Shown here piece after piece: positions 26,115 to 42,481 of a stretch of DNA of 64,000 nucleotides; positions within the stretch are counted from its first letter, which is position 1; the number at the start of each line of letters is the position of its first letter. This DNA is from Octopus sinensis (lineage: Eukaryota): positions 6,510,001-6,574,000 of the forward strand of contig NC_043005.1 of the NCBI RefSeq assembly GCF_006345805.1, read 5' to 3'. The translations under genes were made by a program, and so were the position numbers. Below the pieces are notes generated by a model. It had not been told where the DNA came from and searched no databases. It saw only the letters and a list, made by a program, of their open reading frames with translations.

Positions 26115-29100
26115 GTCATGATCAGGATGATGAACGTGATGATGATGATGGTGGTGGTGGTATTTACGATAATAATGTTGATGAGGAAATTAATAAGGTA
26201 AGAATGACCATAGATGTTATTAAAATTGCTAGGAAATCGTTAATTGGATATAATAATAAATTTTAGTAACACCTTCAGTAGGTGAAGACGTCCTTTAGTC
26301 TGGTCTGTCGGTGTTTCTATTTTTCCTAACCATTGTCATCAGCGCTTGACATACTTCTGGAGAATTCATTTCACGTCACCAGGAAATATTTGGTCGAAAA
26401 TGGATCTTTCGTCAGACTTGACAGCAAAGAAAAACACATTCGCTGTCTACGCACGAATAGTCTCGGGAAGTTTGTGAGGAGCCCATTGAGGCAATTTGCT
26501 GACTTTTCCGCTAGCACTCGGTTATCGAGATTCTCTGGTAGTTCCTCAACAGATACGTTGGAATTTTGTTCTACCAGTGTTGCATACCATCCTCGTCGAT
26601 CTCTACAGATCTTCCATGATGAGGCTAGTCCTATAGGCTGTTGTCTCAGACACGGAATTGCAGCAAAATGCGGAGGAAAGATACAACGGAGGAAGTGGAG
26701 GTGAAGAGAAACAAGTAGAAGAAGAGAAACAATGAGGAGAAGAATAAATAAAAAGGGAACTAAAAAATAGAAATAAAAGACAGGGGATAAAAAAAGACGG
26801 GAAATTGAGATACAACTACAGGCTGCAAAAAATAGATGTAGAACAATATGTAGGAGAGGATGCTGAAGTAGAAGTGGGAGAATAAGAAGGGGAAGAAGAA
26901 AGAGGAGGAGGAGGGGAGATGGGGAAGAGAAAAGGAAGAACAAGTAGGAACATTGGAATGAGATAGAGAATAAATAGAAGGCAAAGTTGAAATACTAGAA
27001 CTACAGGCCAAAAAAAAGAAGAAGTAGAAACCGTTTAAGAAGGAGATGAAGGTGGCAAACTATAATTTGTGTCTATAGAAAGACATTACAGGTTAAGAAA
27101 GATATTGTTAAAGAAATACTATAAAAGGAGGTTGATTCAACTTACAGAGTTGCTAAACTGGAAAGATTTCTGAAGGTTCCTGCTTTGATATTCGTTATAT
27201 TATTTTGGTACAACGTCCTGAAACATAAGATTGAGTTAAGAATATTTATTGAACAAATTTGTGTCTAAAGAATTGGATGATGAAAGAGATGAAATGTAGA
27301 TTACTATAAAGATGAACTTGATGATGATGTTGTAGATATAGCTGGATGGGATGAGGGCAATGATGAGTTTGATGATGTGGAAGTGGAGAAGAAATTATTG
27401 TGGGAGTGTTGATGATGATGATATGATGTTGATCTTATCAATTTTGATATTCGTGAAAAAGATGAGGATTTGTAGTTTTGTTGTGATGATGAATATGGTA
27501 TTGATGATAATGTTGACATTTAAAGGGATTGCCAAAAAGACCTACACTAATTATAGGGGTCGACCCATTCGACTATCACAAAACACCGAGATTTACGTTT
27601 AACATTTCTCTCCTGTTGTAGCCGCTCTCATTGCCATATTGAGAGTAGGAAGTTTAAATTTTAGAGGCCTAGGATTGCCTTGGAAGCAGGGGTGTCTGCT
27701 CAACGACAACGGCCCTTTAGAATTAGACAGAATTGCTGTCAGTGAGACTTGATTATTCATCATGTGAGAACTTACTCCAATACTCGTCGACAATCAGATC
27801 ATTTCGTTTGTTTCTTGACCCGGAATGGGAGGTGGGTTGATTGTTCAAGCAGCACATTTTATGTACGTGTATACACATATTAATGTATACACCCGACGAT
27901 TGTTGCTGGTGTGTCCAAAATCATCGAGCACCAGTTCAGCTAGTTACCAATCTCTCAGAGATATCGAACAGATTTCTGTAATACGCTAGTGTGGAACTGT
28001 ACCAACCCCTTGTGTTCTTTTAGAAAGTATATTAAAAGGAGTTAAACTGAGAAAATAGGCAGTAATAGTGTAGCTTATCCAAATTTAAAAACTGTCGCCT
28101 ACTCAGATCATGAGTTTGCAATTTGTACGATTGACTTAGATAAGCCCTGTATGTTATGACCCGGATGCTGGAGCTGAACATGTTGATAGCAGCACGTGAA
28201 AAAGTACTTATAGAAGAGTAGAAGGGTGGAGGAGCTTGTCCTGTTGTAAGTCGAGGCGATTTGGTAACCTACGATAATGGCTTTAGAAATGTTTCAATGC
28301 GAAACATGAAGGTTGCATTATCACAGCTAAGTTGCGTGCTATGAGAAACGAGAGAACCTTATATGTTCGATGGGCCCGGGTGATGGAGGCGCAGCGTGGT
28401 AAGAAAATATTAATTGCGTCTTTGACGAACAAAGGCGTACATAAGCTAAGCAATTCCTGGCAGACCTGTGATGCCTTTCACCAGCACTTTCTTCGGTGGT
28501 TCGGTGGGAGTAGCAGGTCAGAGACGTTAGTGGTTTTCAGTCCGTACCTCGAAGGCTTTACTCAACTTTCCACGGCACACGTTGACCGCAGCGAAAGGTA
28601 GAAAACTTCATTCGCAATTAATGACGCTCTTGTCCGCTGCACGAGGCGCAATGGCGCAAATTACCCTGTTTGGACAGTCTGCCCTACTAGCTTTACGTAA
28701 ACATGCTAGGCCTGATCTCCAATCAACTCGAAGTCTTCTGTTGTTACTGAAAACAGAACGGGCGTATTTCCAGTTCTGTGAACCGGAACATAGTGACGCT
28801 GATAGAGAAAACAAGAGGGACACAGTAGATAACTACCAGCCCATAACACTGCGCCAAACTGAATTTAACACTTTGGTCAATGAGTTACGGAACTATGTGA
28901 CACTTCTCGAATATTTGGATGGTGAGGCGCAAACTTGTGCAATCCCGACCCGCTCCATTCACAACTTCCACGTCATTCTATACACTATAGAATGTGTAGA
29001 GTGGAAACTTGGCTTCAAGGGGACCATGGTAAGTTAAGATCATTCGAAAGCATTCGATACAGTCGACCATTGGTACTTGGAGGCAGTCATCAATGGAGTT

Positions 29101-29845
29101 GGCTTCGGCTGCTCTAAAGAATTTAGATCTCTGTAATAATGAACTACATCTGCTCGACAGACAAAAATAATGGTGACATCTATCAGCCGTTTCAGACTTC
29201 CTTGCCGATCCATCGAAGGTGCCCTTTCTCATCGCTTCTATATGCATTGTGTGTCGAGCCTTTAATGGGGAAGTTAGGGTTAGGGTTAGGGGGCATTTTG
29301 TTTGAACGGGGTTCGGAAGTGATGTGTAAATAAATCAAGCCAATACACTCGTGTACATTCACTCACCCTGAATGACACCCTGAGTGGCATGTGCACAATC
29401 ATGCACAAAATCATATGCATTATCAGAAACTCAAACATAAACACAGACACTGATAGTCACACACACACACTCACACATACACACATGCACACACACAATC
29501 ACACACACACCGGCTCAGATATTCACAAAGAATAAATGTTCCTGCGAGAAACGACTGAGTGTATATAATGCGTTAAAGAGAGTGAGTGAAAAAAGAAAGC
29601 ATGTAAAGACATTAGGTGTTTATAATTTTATTGTCAATAAAAGAGAATCAAAAAACTAATTAAACTTACAGAGTCTTCAAACTGGGAAGACTTTGAAAAG
29701 ATCCAACTTCTAATTCCTTGATATCATTTTGATACAACTCTCTGTAATAAAAAAGTGAACCGTAAAAAAAGGTACACAGATCCGAATGAAATAAAAAATA
29801 TATTGCCTAAATATTGAGGAAAGGGACGCAGATGACAATGGTGTA

Positions 29846-29903
<58 letters not shown>

Positions 29904-31246
29904 GTCATGATCAGGATGAGGAAGGTGATGATGATGATGGTGGTGGTGGTGGTATTTACGATAATAATGTTGATGAGGAAATGAATAAGGTAAGAATGAC
30001 CATAGATGTTAGTTAGTTAGTTAGTTAGTTAATTTGGCTCAAAAGCAAATAGCAAGGCCATGTAGGGGGACATGGAGTTAAGTACAGGTTGGTGTTCATG
30101 TAAAGAGTTCAGGCCACTTGAGGTCCAGGGAGGCTTTGAACAAAGCGGTCGTTGGCATCTTCACCATCTCATCTGGCAGCTTGTTCCACGGATCCGCAAC
30201 CCGGACGGAGAAAGCACCTCTACTTCGATTGAGATGAAATCGTCGCAGGTAGAGCTTTTCGGAATGACCCCGCAGCCGACGCTCCGGAGCAGGAGTGAAG
30301 AACAGCTCTTTCGAGAGTTTACACTTCCCGCTTATGATGTTGTGGGCGAGAATGAGATCACCACGGCGGCGGCGTTTTTCAAGAGAATAAGGTCGAGCGT
30401 CCTCAGCCTTCTTCGTAGGACAATTTTTGAGACCATGAACCAGGCGGGTAGCCAGCCTCTGGACTCTTTCGAGGTGCTGTTTGTCTTTGAGGAGATAAGG
30501 AGAAGAGGCTTGAATCCCATACTCCAATATGGGTCTCACCAGCGTGACATAGAGTGGCAGGAATATGGCTGCTGTGAGCACAAGTCGATACACTCGTGTA
30601 CATTCACTCACCCTGAATGACACAGAGTCGCGTATGCACATACATACACAAAATCATATGCATTATAAGAAACTCAAATATAAACATAAACACTGATAGT
30701 CACACACACACTTACACTTGCACACACATATATTCACACAGATACATGCACACGCACTCACATGTACACACACACCTTCCGAGATATTCACAAATAATAA
30801 ATGTTCCTTTGGAAATCGACTGAGTGTATATAGTGCGTTAAGGAGAGTGAGAGAAACCAGAAAGCATGGAAAGACATTGAATGTTTAGAATTATATTGTC
30901 AATAAAAGAGAATCAAGAAACTAATTAAACTTACAGAGTCTTTAAACTGGGAAGATTTTGAAAAGATCCAACTTCAAGTTCAGTGATGTCATTATTAAAC
31001 AACTCTCTGTAACAAAAAGAAAATGAGCCATAAAAACGTGTATACAGGTCCGAATGAAATATTAAATTTATTGCCTAAATATTGAGGAACGTGACGCTGA
31101 TGATGATGGTGTAATGATGATGGTGATGATGAGGAGGATAATGATGATGAAGGTGATGATGATGATTTTCATGATGCTGATGATGATGACGATGATGATG
31201 ATAATGATGATAATGATGATGATGATGGTGTTAATGATGATGGTGT

Positions 31247-31337
<91 letters not shown>

Positions 31338-32001
31338 GATGATAATGATGATGATGATGATGATGATGATGGTGTTGATGATGATGATGATGATGAAGAT
31401 GATGATGATGGTGATGATGATGATGGTGATGATGATGAGGATGATGAGGATGAGGAGGATGAGGAAGAGGATGATGATGATGATGTTGATGATGATGATG
31501 ATGGTGTTGATGATGATGATGATGATGAAGATGATGATGATCATGAAGGTGATGATGATGTTCAGGATAATGATGATGATGATGATAATGATCATTTGTG
31601 ATGGTGGTGCTGGATAAGATTATAATTTAGGGATCAACTTTATGATGTTGACGCCGGTGGTGGTGGTATCGATGATGACGAAGATGATGACGAAGATAAT
31701 GATGATGATGATGTTCAGGGTGATGATGATGGAGGCGATGGTGGTGTTTATGATTATGGTGTTGATGTCGAAAGTTATGCCAATGATGAAAAGAAGAAGA
31801 GAAAGTATTAGTAGTAATTGTAGTAGTGGTAATGGTAGTACTTGTAGTAGTAGTAGTTGTAGTTATAGTAGTAGTAGAAGTAGGAAATATACAATTGGAA
31901 AGGGGTGCCGTTGATCTTTGATAATTATTGATTTTATTCATATGCCCAGTCACACAAACACAATATAGTATACATATATATATATATATATATTATATTA
32001 T

Positions 32002-32035
<34 letters not shown>

Positions 32036-35000
32036 ATATATATATATATAGGTGAGAAAGTTTGTGTGTGAAAGCACGTGGTTGAATATATAGAAAATAT
32101 TAAAAAATGAAAAAACTACAGAAGGCTTGTTTTAAAAGGTTAAAAAATATATATTTGAGTCATTATGTCAGAAGAATGTTATAAATTTTTTTCATACAGT
32201 GACGTAGTTTTTGAAGAAATTACCGGTTTCGTGTTTAACTTTACAAATTCTCAAAACATTGTTATAATTTCGTTCGTTAAGAAGTGTAAAAGAGAGTTCC
32301 AGGTAAGGGGAGGTAATAAGTGATTTCTTCCGGTGTGAGGGAGATTATCGCTTAATATTTCTTGCCTTTATTTTTAATGGGGTGAGTTTCTCTGTATAAG
32401 AATGTTAGAGTGGTTAAGTTTGGGCTTATATTTTTCAATAAAGAATGTTTCCTTGTTTAGTCTAATTTGTATAGGAACACCAACACAAATTAGAAAGAAA
32501 AGAATGACCACAATAGAGAAGAAGAAGAAAAGAAGAAGAAGAAGAAGAAGAAGAAGAAGAACAACAACAACAACAACAACAACAAAAAACAAGAAGAAGA
32601 AGAAAAAGGTGTAGTATGAAGAGCAAGTATTGAAAATGAAAGAGTCGACAAAATAAACGGAATACTTTAAGAAACCGAACATCAAGAAGCGGGAGGAAAA
32701 GAAGCGAAACAAGGGTATACATGTCGATAATACTTATATTCACACACACACCCTCGCACGTACACATGTACAGAGACTCACAAACAGTCACACAGTTCTA
32801 TCAAAAGGGATTGAGATAAGGACGGGACGCGAAAGAAAATGGGAAGGTTTTAAATATTTAGTAATATTTTCTCAATGAAATATTATTAACAAGTTTTATG
32901 TAACTTACATCAATTCTAAGCTGGTCAGATTAACGAAGGATCCTTCTTGAATCTTCTCGATATTATTTTCATCCAAATATCTGTAACAGAAAATTTTGGA
33001 AACGTGATTTATTGGAAAATATTACGTCTGAAATGTCTATAAAATAAAATAGTAGATGATTAAAAAATGTATAGAAGTGTTTTATGATAAAATGTAAAGT
33101 AGCATGGCTAAACAACAACTTGTACTTTTCCCAATTCTCGACGACAATCAGATCTTTGCGTCTGTTACTCGGCCGGGAATGGGAGTTGAGTGCCTGTTAT
33201 GTGCACGAATATTTGGATCCCGAGATAAAATTGTTCTTCCGGGACCCAGATTGTAAGCTGTTGACCCTGGACGTGAGTAATAGCGAATGTAGTGTAATTA
33301 GACTGGGGGTCGTCTTTGTGCAAACCGGAGCCAAACAGCCGGATTTCTTAAGTTTGGAAACCCTTATATATATATATTTATATATATATATTTATATATA
33401 GCTAGCTAGAGCTTTACTGTTTGTGGGAGATTGGAACGACATCTGAGACGCATGTTGTGATTGTGTTGAATACATACATTGGGGAAAATAATTTTAAGAC
33501 CGATGATAAAAGTTCTATTTCTGACAAAATATTTTGTTACTAACACCATACAAATTATGTATATCTTTTACACCTTATAATACAATTCTCATTGGATAAT
33601 TCTTTACAAATGTTAATGGCCGTCAGCATTCGGTTGCATTACGAAAGTTGATTCGGCGGTCCAACTGCGCCTTTTTTTTCTTGGGACGCCAGCCGTTTGC
33701 CGATCTTTATATTGACCAGTCTCCGAGTATATCTTCCAGGCTTGCACGTAAGCCGTTTTACTGCACTTTAGTTGCTTGCTGATGTTCGAAAAGGAAACTT
33801 TCTGCTGGTGGAGTAATACGATCTTTCCTCTCGTAACTGAACTGAGGCTACGTTGTTTACCCATCATTAATCAATTGTATGATAACATTAAATTATAACA
33901 CTTCATAGTGCAGTTAGGCTAGTTATTTGACCACCCATTTTGGTAAAAAAATAAATTGTCTACATATTACATGGTCTTTAACTAATTTTGTCGGTAAATT
34001 TGAAACGTTTATATTAATTAAGCATTAGAATTCTTTAGGTTGTATAAAAATAGTTATTGTCTGTGTCATTCGAAATAGAAATAAATTCTGCATAAGGTGT
34101 AAGAGATAAAAATAATTTGTATGGTGTTAGTAACACCATACAAAACAGAAATTTTATAATCGGTCTTAACTTTATTTTCGCCAGTGTATATATATGCCGG
34201 GCTTGTTCTCCGATAGAACTGGCGTATTCCCAGTTCTATGGACCGGGGCGTAGTGACGATGATAGGGAAAAACGAAAAGAAGAGTGACACATTGGATAAC
34301 CTTAGGCCTATAAGATACTGTTCTATATTTACGAGATGAGGAATAATGAATTTTGGAGTGAATTTTAAGGGCTTATAAATCTAATATTTTTCTAATCTAT
34401 CCATATGCTACTCATATCTGCACTCGGTCTGCTTAGGATGTTGTTGCGTCCTAGCTGCTTCTTTTAGTTTTCGTATATTCCAGTGGTGTTCTATGTCTAT
34501 TATTTTAACTTCATCCTACAGGGAGGCGTGATGGTCTCCATTTTTCCATATATGATCAGCTATACCCGATTTATCAATATCTCCCCGTGTCGCAGCTTTG
34601 CGAAGTTCGTCTACCATTATTTTTATGGGGTGGCATTTTTCTCCTTGTATAACCTACCACAGCTGCATGGGAGGGAGTACATGCTGTCTTTGGTCATATT
34701 CTCTTCTATTGGTGGTTTTAGACTAAGGGGATATTTGCGAAGTGTTGTATTACTCTTGAATACTGCCCTGATATGATATCAGCCGCATATCTTTTCTATC
34801 TTTTAGGAGAGGCCTTTCAAATAGGGTAGACAGACTGTGCTTGGATTCATTGGGGGTTATCCTTGATCATTTCTGAGAAGTGAAAGGAATTCTTCACGCA
34901 CGATGTTGACTTTCCTGCTAATGGACTGATTATAAGGGAGCGGTTCAGTGGATGACATGCTGAACCTGTAGGGAGAATGTGCATGTGTGTTAGTTTACTG

Positions 35001-38000
35001 TAGTGTTGAGTCAGCTGTCTGTACTTCATTACTGTAAAGTGATCCTTGTTCTTCATTAAGAACTGTGACAATGGTGGTGGTATGGATGAAAATGAAGTAG
35101 AGACTGATGACAGGAGGACGGTGGTAGTGTTGCTTTCGTGGTCATGTAAAATGTCCACAAAAGCATCAATTACATTCATAGGAAATGAAGAGGGAAAATA
35201 GGAAATACAGTCTTATGGAGAAAAAGAATTAGGGAAGGAGAGGAAGAACAACGAAAAGGAGAACAATGAGAAGGAGAAATAAAACTATGAGAAAAAAAAA
35301 GAACCGCTAAAATATATTTAAAAAAAAAAGGGTATGAATAATCTGATGAAAAAATATACATGTACAAAGGTTATTCAAGGATGTTATTTAGATTCGACCG
35401 ACATGTAAACACCATCTGTTTGGATTCAATTGGGGTGTCTTTGATTATTTCTTTGGAGAGGGTGGAATTCTTCACGTACGATGCTGACTTTCCTGCGAAT
35501 GAACTGATTATAAGGGAGAGGCTCAGTGGATGACATGCTGAACGTGTAGGGAGGATGTGCATGTGTGTTAGTTTACTGTAATACTTCAATACTGCAAAGT
35601 GATCCTTGTTCTTGATCAACAAATGTGACAACTTCCCCTTTATTTTCAGAGTTGGGTCTTTCTTTCCCTTGCTGTAGCTGCCATCACTTATAAGGCTTGC
35701 CAATTTATCAGAGTGGTCAGACTTGTTTGTCACCACTGTCGCCTTTCCCTTGTCCACTGGAAGTCTTATGATGGAATTCTCACTCTGTAGTCTTTTGAGA
35801 GCGAACTTTTCTTCCTTAGAGATGTTTGGATTGGGAAGTTTCGCTTATTCTAGTACCTGTCTAACTTAGTTCATCTCCCTGAGCTTTTGGTATCCTTGTG
35901 TCTATCTCTTCAATAGGGGCTATTGTGTCCAAGTATGGATTGCGCATGATGGTTGTCGTAAAGTTGAGACCTTAGTTTAGTACTGCTTGAGCTTTGAGTT
36001 TCATAAACTTCTTAATCAGGCGTGTGGTCACCATTTAAAATTCTTTTCTAGATATTGTTGGATTCTTTTTCTATCATCATATCAGATTATTTTCCTAAGT
36101 AATAAAGACAACCCCTCTTTGATTTCGTTATTTAGTTGATGGTTTTTCCAACGGGTAATCGATAGTCTGACGGATGAGGTTATGTTCTGCCCTTTCGGCT
36201 ACACTTTTAGCTTCATATGAATCCACTGGTGTCATTATATTGAAGCCAGGTGGTATTAGCTTTGAGTCTCTACATCTACACAGGACAATTAGATGGTTTG
36301 AAATACGAGTTACATTTTGATGGAGTTTCTCTGTTTCCACTGAAGTCTAACGTTGGTTTGTACCGATTAGATAATGCAGATCTATATTTAAGAGACTCAT
36401 ACATAAACACAGACTCTGATATACACACACACACTCATACACACGCACACACACGCGCGCAGACACCCACACACACGCACCTTGTCAGTCATTCACAAAG
36501 AATTGCATATTCCTGTGGAAAGCGACTGAGTGTATATAGTGCATATATGGAAAGAAATTAAATGCTTAGAATTATAATGTCAATAAATGACATGTTACTT
36601 ACAGATTCTCTAAACTGGGAAGATTTTGAAACGATCCCGCTTCTAATTCCTTGATATCATTTTTATGCAACTCTCTGTAACAAAAAAAATACATAAAGCC
36701 TAAAAATTAAGGAAAGCGAAGCTGATGATGACGGGGTAGATGACAATGATGATGATGATGATGTCGAATGAGCAATTGATGAGTATCATGATGATATTGA
36801 TGATGATGGTAGTGGTATTGATGGTGTTTATCTTAGTTATGTTGATGAGGAAAGCCATGGCAATGATAACGTTGATGATCGTGATGGTGAAGAATTTACG
36901 TAGCTGGAAATATTTTCAGAGAAATAAAGAAAGTAAATGGCTAAGAGTTTAAAGGTTGTAGATATTTGCATATGATTAAATTTGCTTTAAGAATACGATT
37001 AGAAGATCGATATGTGGCATTCATCGTTGATCCAGAGCTAAACGCAGTAAGAGTTATACAGACATGAATGCACTAGTATTGGACCAGCCATACACAGAAC
37101 ATAAACATATGTATATACATACATAAGATGTGCTGCTTGAACTGTCACACGGTCCTATGTACTTACACACACACGTAAGGACTCACAAACACACACTGAC
37201 AGCCATTCAAATACAATCATATACACGCTCTGTTGAGAGAGTGCGAATGCAGAGAGGGGAAAGAGCGCCATTTAATTGGATGGCAATTAAATATTATAAA
37301 TATGACTCTAATGAAATACTATGACGAATTATCTAAATTAGAACTCTGTAAAACATTTCTGAACAATTCCAGCTTCAATTTTCGTGATAGTATCGCTATA
37401 CAAAGTCCAGAAAAACAAAAATTTAGGTTGAAGAGTATATGTATCGTGTCACCCCATACAAAATGCGTTTTTATACTTCTTTCATTTTCATAATTAAGAT
37501 AAATAAATTTATTTTTTAATCTAAAATATACTCTCCGTCATTTTCTACAATGCATTTACCTCTATCTGGTAGACTTCAAAGGTCCCTCTTCCAAACTTCA
37601 TTTGTCCGTACAGAAAAATACTCCTCACTACTATTCTGAAATCGTCTACAAAATACTTATTTTTTTCCAGATGTGAAAATGTCCGGCAAATATGGAGTGT
37701 GGGGCATCGTCTCCCGTCCAGACTGGTCACGCGTTTGGAATGTCATCCTCTCGTATGTTGTCGAGCATTATCCTGATCGAAGGACAACATTCGTCTTGAT
37801 AAGAAAGATGGTCGTTTTTCGTTCACAGCTGACTGACGGCGTTCAAGCTGCTGGCAGTAGATATCCTTTGTTACCTTTTTTTCAAACTGGACCAGACAAC
37901 TCATATACCACCAAACAAATAGTAATACCTTTTATGGGGGTAGACTTCCTTTAGTCTGGTCTGTCGGTGTTTCTACTTTTCCTGACTATTGTTTTCTGCG

Positions 38001-39238
38001 CTTGACATACTTCTAGAGAATCCATTTCTCGTCAGCAGTAATTATTTGGTCCAAATTAGCGTTAGGGTTACCAGTAAATATTTGGTCGAAAATGGATCTT
38101 TCGTCAGACTTGACAGCAAAGAAGCACGATTAGTCTCGGGAAGTTTGTGAGGAGCCCATTGAGGCAATTTGCTGACATTTCCGCTGGCACTCAGATGTCG
38201 ATGAATGGTTGAATGAATAAATGCAAGATTATCTGGGAGTTCCTCAACAGATACGATGGAATTTTGTTCTACAAGTTTTGCAGAACATCCTCGTCGATGT
38301 CTACAGATCTTCCATGACGAGGCTAGTCCTCTAGGCTGTAGGGACAGACACGGTATTGCAGTGAAATGCAGAGGAAAGATACAACGAAGGAAGAGGAGGA
38401 GAAGAGAAACAAGTAGAAGAAGAAAAAATAATGGGGAGAAGAATAAATAAAAAAGGGAAATAAAAAAGCGAAATAAAAAAGAGAATTAAAAAAGGGAAAT
38501 AAAAAATGTAGAAAAATATGTTGAAGATGATGATGAAGTAGAAGTGGGAGAATAAGAAGGGGCAGAAGAAGGAGGAGGAGGAGAAGAGATGGGGAAGAGA
38601 AAAGGAAGAACAAGTAGAAATATAAGAATAAGATGGAGAATAAATAGCAGGAGAAGAGGAAGTACTAGAACTAGAGGCCAAAAAAAAATAAAGAAGCAGA
38701 AACCGTTGAAGAAGGAGATGAAGGTGGCAAACTATAAATTGTGTCCATAGAAAGACATTACAGGTTAAGAAAGATATTGTCAAAGAAATACTATAAAAGG
38801 AGGTTGATTCAACTTACAGAGTTGCTAAACTGGAAAGATTTCGGAAGGTTCCTGCTTTGATTTTCTTAACGTGATTTTGCTGCAATTGCCTGGAACATAA
38901 GATTGAGGTAAGAACATTTATTGAACAAATTTGTGTGAAAAGAATTGGATGATGGAAAAGATGAAAAGTAGATTACTATCATGATGTTGTAGATGATGTT
39001 GGATGGAAGAAGGGCAGTGATGAGTATGATGATGTGGAAGTGGAGAAGAAATTATTGTGGGAGTGTTGATGATGATGATATGATGCAGATCTTATCAATT
39101 TTGATCATCGTGAAAAAGATGACGATTTGTAGTTTTTGTTGTGATGATGAATATGGTATTGATGATAATGTTGGTATTGATGTTTTCTGTTGATGATGGT
39201 TGTCATGGTCCCTCTTGCCCCATCCATCTCATGAAAGC

Positions 39239-39314
<76 letters not shown>

Positions 39315-41924
39315 TATTATTCAGTAGTCTTACTTTAAACACGTGCTTTCACTGCCCTCATGAGGGCCGCTCTATGTGCTTTGGGTATTTGCTCAAAGTT
39401 TTACTTTATTGGAAGTGTTTTACATCGCATGTTTGCGATGCATAGTAGTGCTATTTCCTATATGCTATACATATTTGTAAGTCCTGGTGATTTTGTCATG
39501 TATTTTCCGGCATGCGGCTACTATAATAGGATTTTTTTCTGTTTTCAGACACCACCTTCGGGTTACCTCTATTTCGATGTCTTCGTATTTTGAGATATTC
39601 GCCATTTCTTTTAGAGAAAGGTTCTCATCAGCTGATATTGATATATCGATTTGAAAGCATTTTCCCCCCTGACATTGATATGGAAACAAGAAAACAAAAG
39701 GGACACATTAGATAAGCTCAGGCCCATAACTCTGCACTAAATAGAATTTAACATTTTGGTCAAGATGTTAGCGAAGTGCTTGGCGCTTGTCGATGATTTG
39801 GATGGTGAGGCGCAAAACTGCGAAATCCTGACCTACTCCATACACGTCGACATCTAACTTACGCTATGCATCATAGAAAGTGTAGGGTGTAAACCAGGCT
39901 TCGATGGGACCCTGATCAGTTTAGATCAATCGAAAGCATTCAACATAGTCGAAAATCGGTACTTGGAAGGTGTCGTCAATGTAGAAGTCTTCGGCTGCGA
40001 CTCCAGAATTAGTAACCCACTAAGGATCTGATATCGTCCCGATAGCGATGCCAAATATTGTAAGGGAGTACTGGTCCGGAATAGATCCGGAAATATTTTT
40101 GCACATTAAGCCCGAAAACTTCAAAAGAAACCCGGACTACTTCCGTCTCCAAAGTCGTATGGTATTGCACATAATGACTGAGGGAAAAAGGCCGCATTGT
40201 TCCGTTTGTTGAGAAAGTACTCATTTGCGAGCCTATTCCCTCAACTAATACAAAGTAAAGGATCGAAGGCTTCCAGTGCTATCTACGCCAGGACGAGGAC
40301 CCACAACCAACGAACACAAGCACCGGCAAACCCACCACCAAAGACATCAGCTACCATAGAGAGAAACGAAGAATGCTCTATCACCCTCACACTAATAAGT
40401 TTGCATATCTATAAGAATATAAACATGGAGACAGACACCGACACAGTTACACCTACAGATTCTTCATCTTCTTGTAGTGAAGGTTAAGGAAAACCAAACG
40501 GCCAAAAATAAAAGAAAGGAGAAAATAAACCTCCTTAAAGCATAACAACACCCATAATAATAATTCAACAATAACAGCAGCACCAACACGACCAACACCA
40601 CCACCATCACCAGATTTTCCGAAACGTAAATAAATTAAAAGATGGTCATATTAAGTGTAGGAAGTTTAAATTTTAGAGGCCTAGGATCGCCCTTGATGCA
40701 GGGGTGTCTGCTCAACGAGCTAGGCCCTTTAGAATTAGACATAATTGCTGTCAGTGAGACCAGATTATCCATCATGTGCGAACTTGCCCCAATACTCGAC
40801 GACAATCAGATCTTTTCGTTTGTTATTCGGCCGGGGGTTGGAGTTGGGTTAATTGTTCAAGCAGCACATTTTATGTACCTGTATACATATATTTATGTAT
40901 ACACCCGGCGATAGTTTCCGAGGTGTCCAAAATCATCGAGCACCTGATCAGCCAGTTACCAATCTCAATAAACAGCAGCATATGCTCGGTGGTCAAAGAT
41001 AATGGCCACCTCTCTCAACCGTTTCAGACTTCCTTATCGAACCGTCAATGGTGCCCTCTCTCCTCGCTTCCATACACATTGAGTGTCGACCCTTTTCTGC
41101 GGAAGTTAGGGTTAGGGTTATGGGGCATTTCGTTTGAAGCGGGAGTCGGAAGTGTTGTGTCGACTTACGTGGACAATACAGTGATGGGATCGAAGAAAAT
41201 TTAAGTGATCGGGAAATATGAAAATTGACCAAAACTTAGCCCGGGAATGTCGGTATCGAGCAGAAAAGGTGGGAGGCGGCGAATGCGTACATCGCGTCCG
41301 TCATCTACATAGAGGCCGTCATCTACTACCGGCTGACCATCGTGTCTTCCCTCGGTTGGCGCCTCACCATTTTTGCTGGGTAGAGGTGCTTGTCTCCACT
41401 TTGAAAACATAAGGACAAAGGAAATGTATCAAGTCCAACAGGAAACGGTCTTTCCTAGGGCTAAATAACAGTAGCATTCTTCCCTTTCATGGGACTATCA
41501 CATTAAGGTAACAAAATACTATCTCTTTGTCGTGATGCTACAGCATAAATCTCTTTTAGAGATTTAGAAATATATTATTTCTGTTTACTCGTTGTTTTGG
41601 GGATATTTCCAAATGTTCTTGTGGAAATCGACTGAGTGTATATAGTGCGTTAAGAAGAGTGAGAGAAAAAAGGATAAAGACATTGTTTAGAATTATATTG
41701 TCAATAAAAGAGAATAAAAAAACTAATTAAACTTACAGAGTCTTTAAACTGGGAAGATTTCGAAAAGATCCAACTTCAATTTCGGTGATGTTATTATTAA
41801 ACAACTCTCTGTAACAAAAAAAAATGAGCCGTGAAATAATGTATACATGTCCGAATGAAATATTAAATTTATTGCCCAAAAATTGAGGAACGTGACGCTG
41901 ATGATGATGGTGTAATGATGATGG

Positions 41925-41955
<31 letters not shown>

Positions 41956-42136
41956 AATGATGATGACGATGATAATGACGATGATGATGATAATGATGAT
42001 GACGATGATAATGACGATGATGATGATAATGATGATGATGATGATGATGATGATAATGATGATGATGATGATGATAATGATGATGATGACGATGATAATG
42101 ACGATGATGATGATGACGATGATAATGACGATGATG

Positions 42137-42167
<31 letters not shown>

Positions 42168-42334
42168 GGATGATGATGATGATGATGATGATTATGATGA
42201 TGATGATTTATGATGGTGGTGTTTGCGATGGTGGTTCTGGATATGATCTTGATTTAGTGATCAAGTTCATGATGCTGGATGCCGGTGGTGGTGGTATCGA
42301 TGATGGTGAAGATGATGACGACGACGACGACGAC

Positions 42335-42370
<36 letters not shown>

Positions 42371-42448
42371 AATGATGATGACGATGATAATGACGATGAT
42401 GATGATAATGATGATGACGATGATAATGACGATGACGATGATAATGAC

Positions 42449-42481
<33 letters not shown>

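Noticed and set aside
29272-41125. TTAGGG x2-3 at about 29275 and 41105 as interstitial telomere
   Set aside because: Only 2-3 units, embedded at the same position of paralogous Tx1 RT remnants (GKLGLGL).
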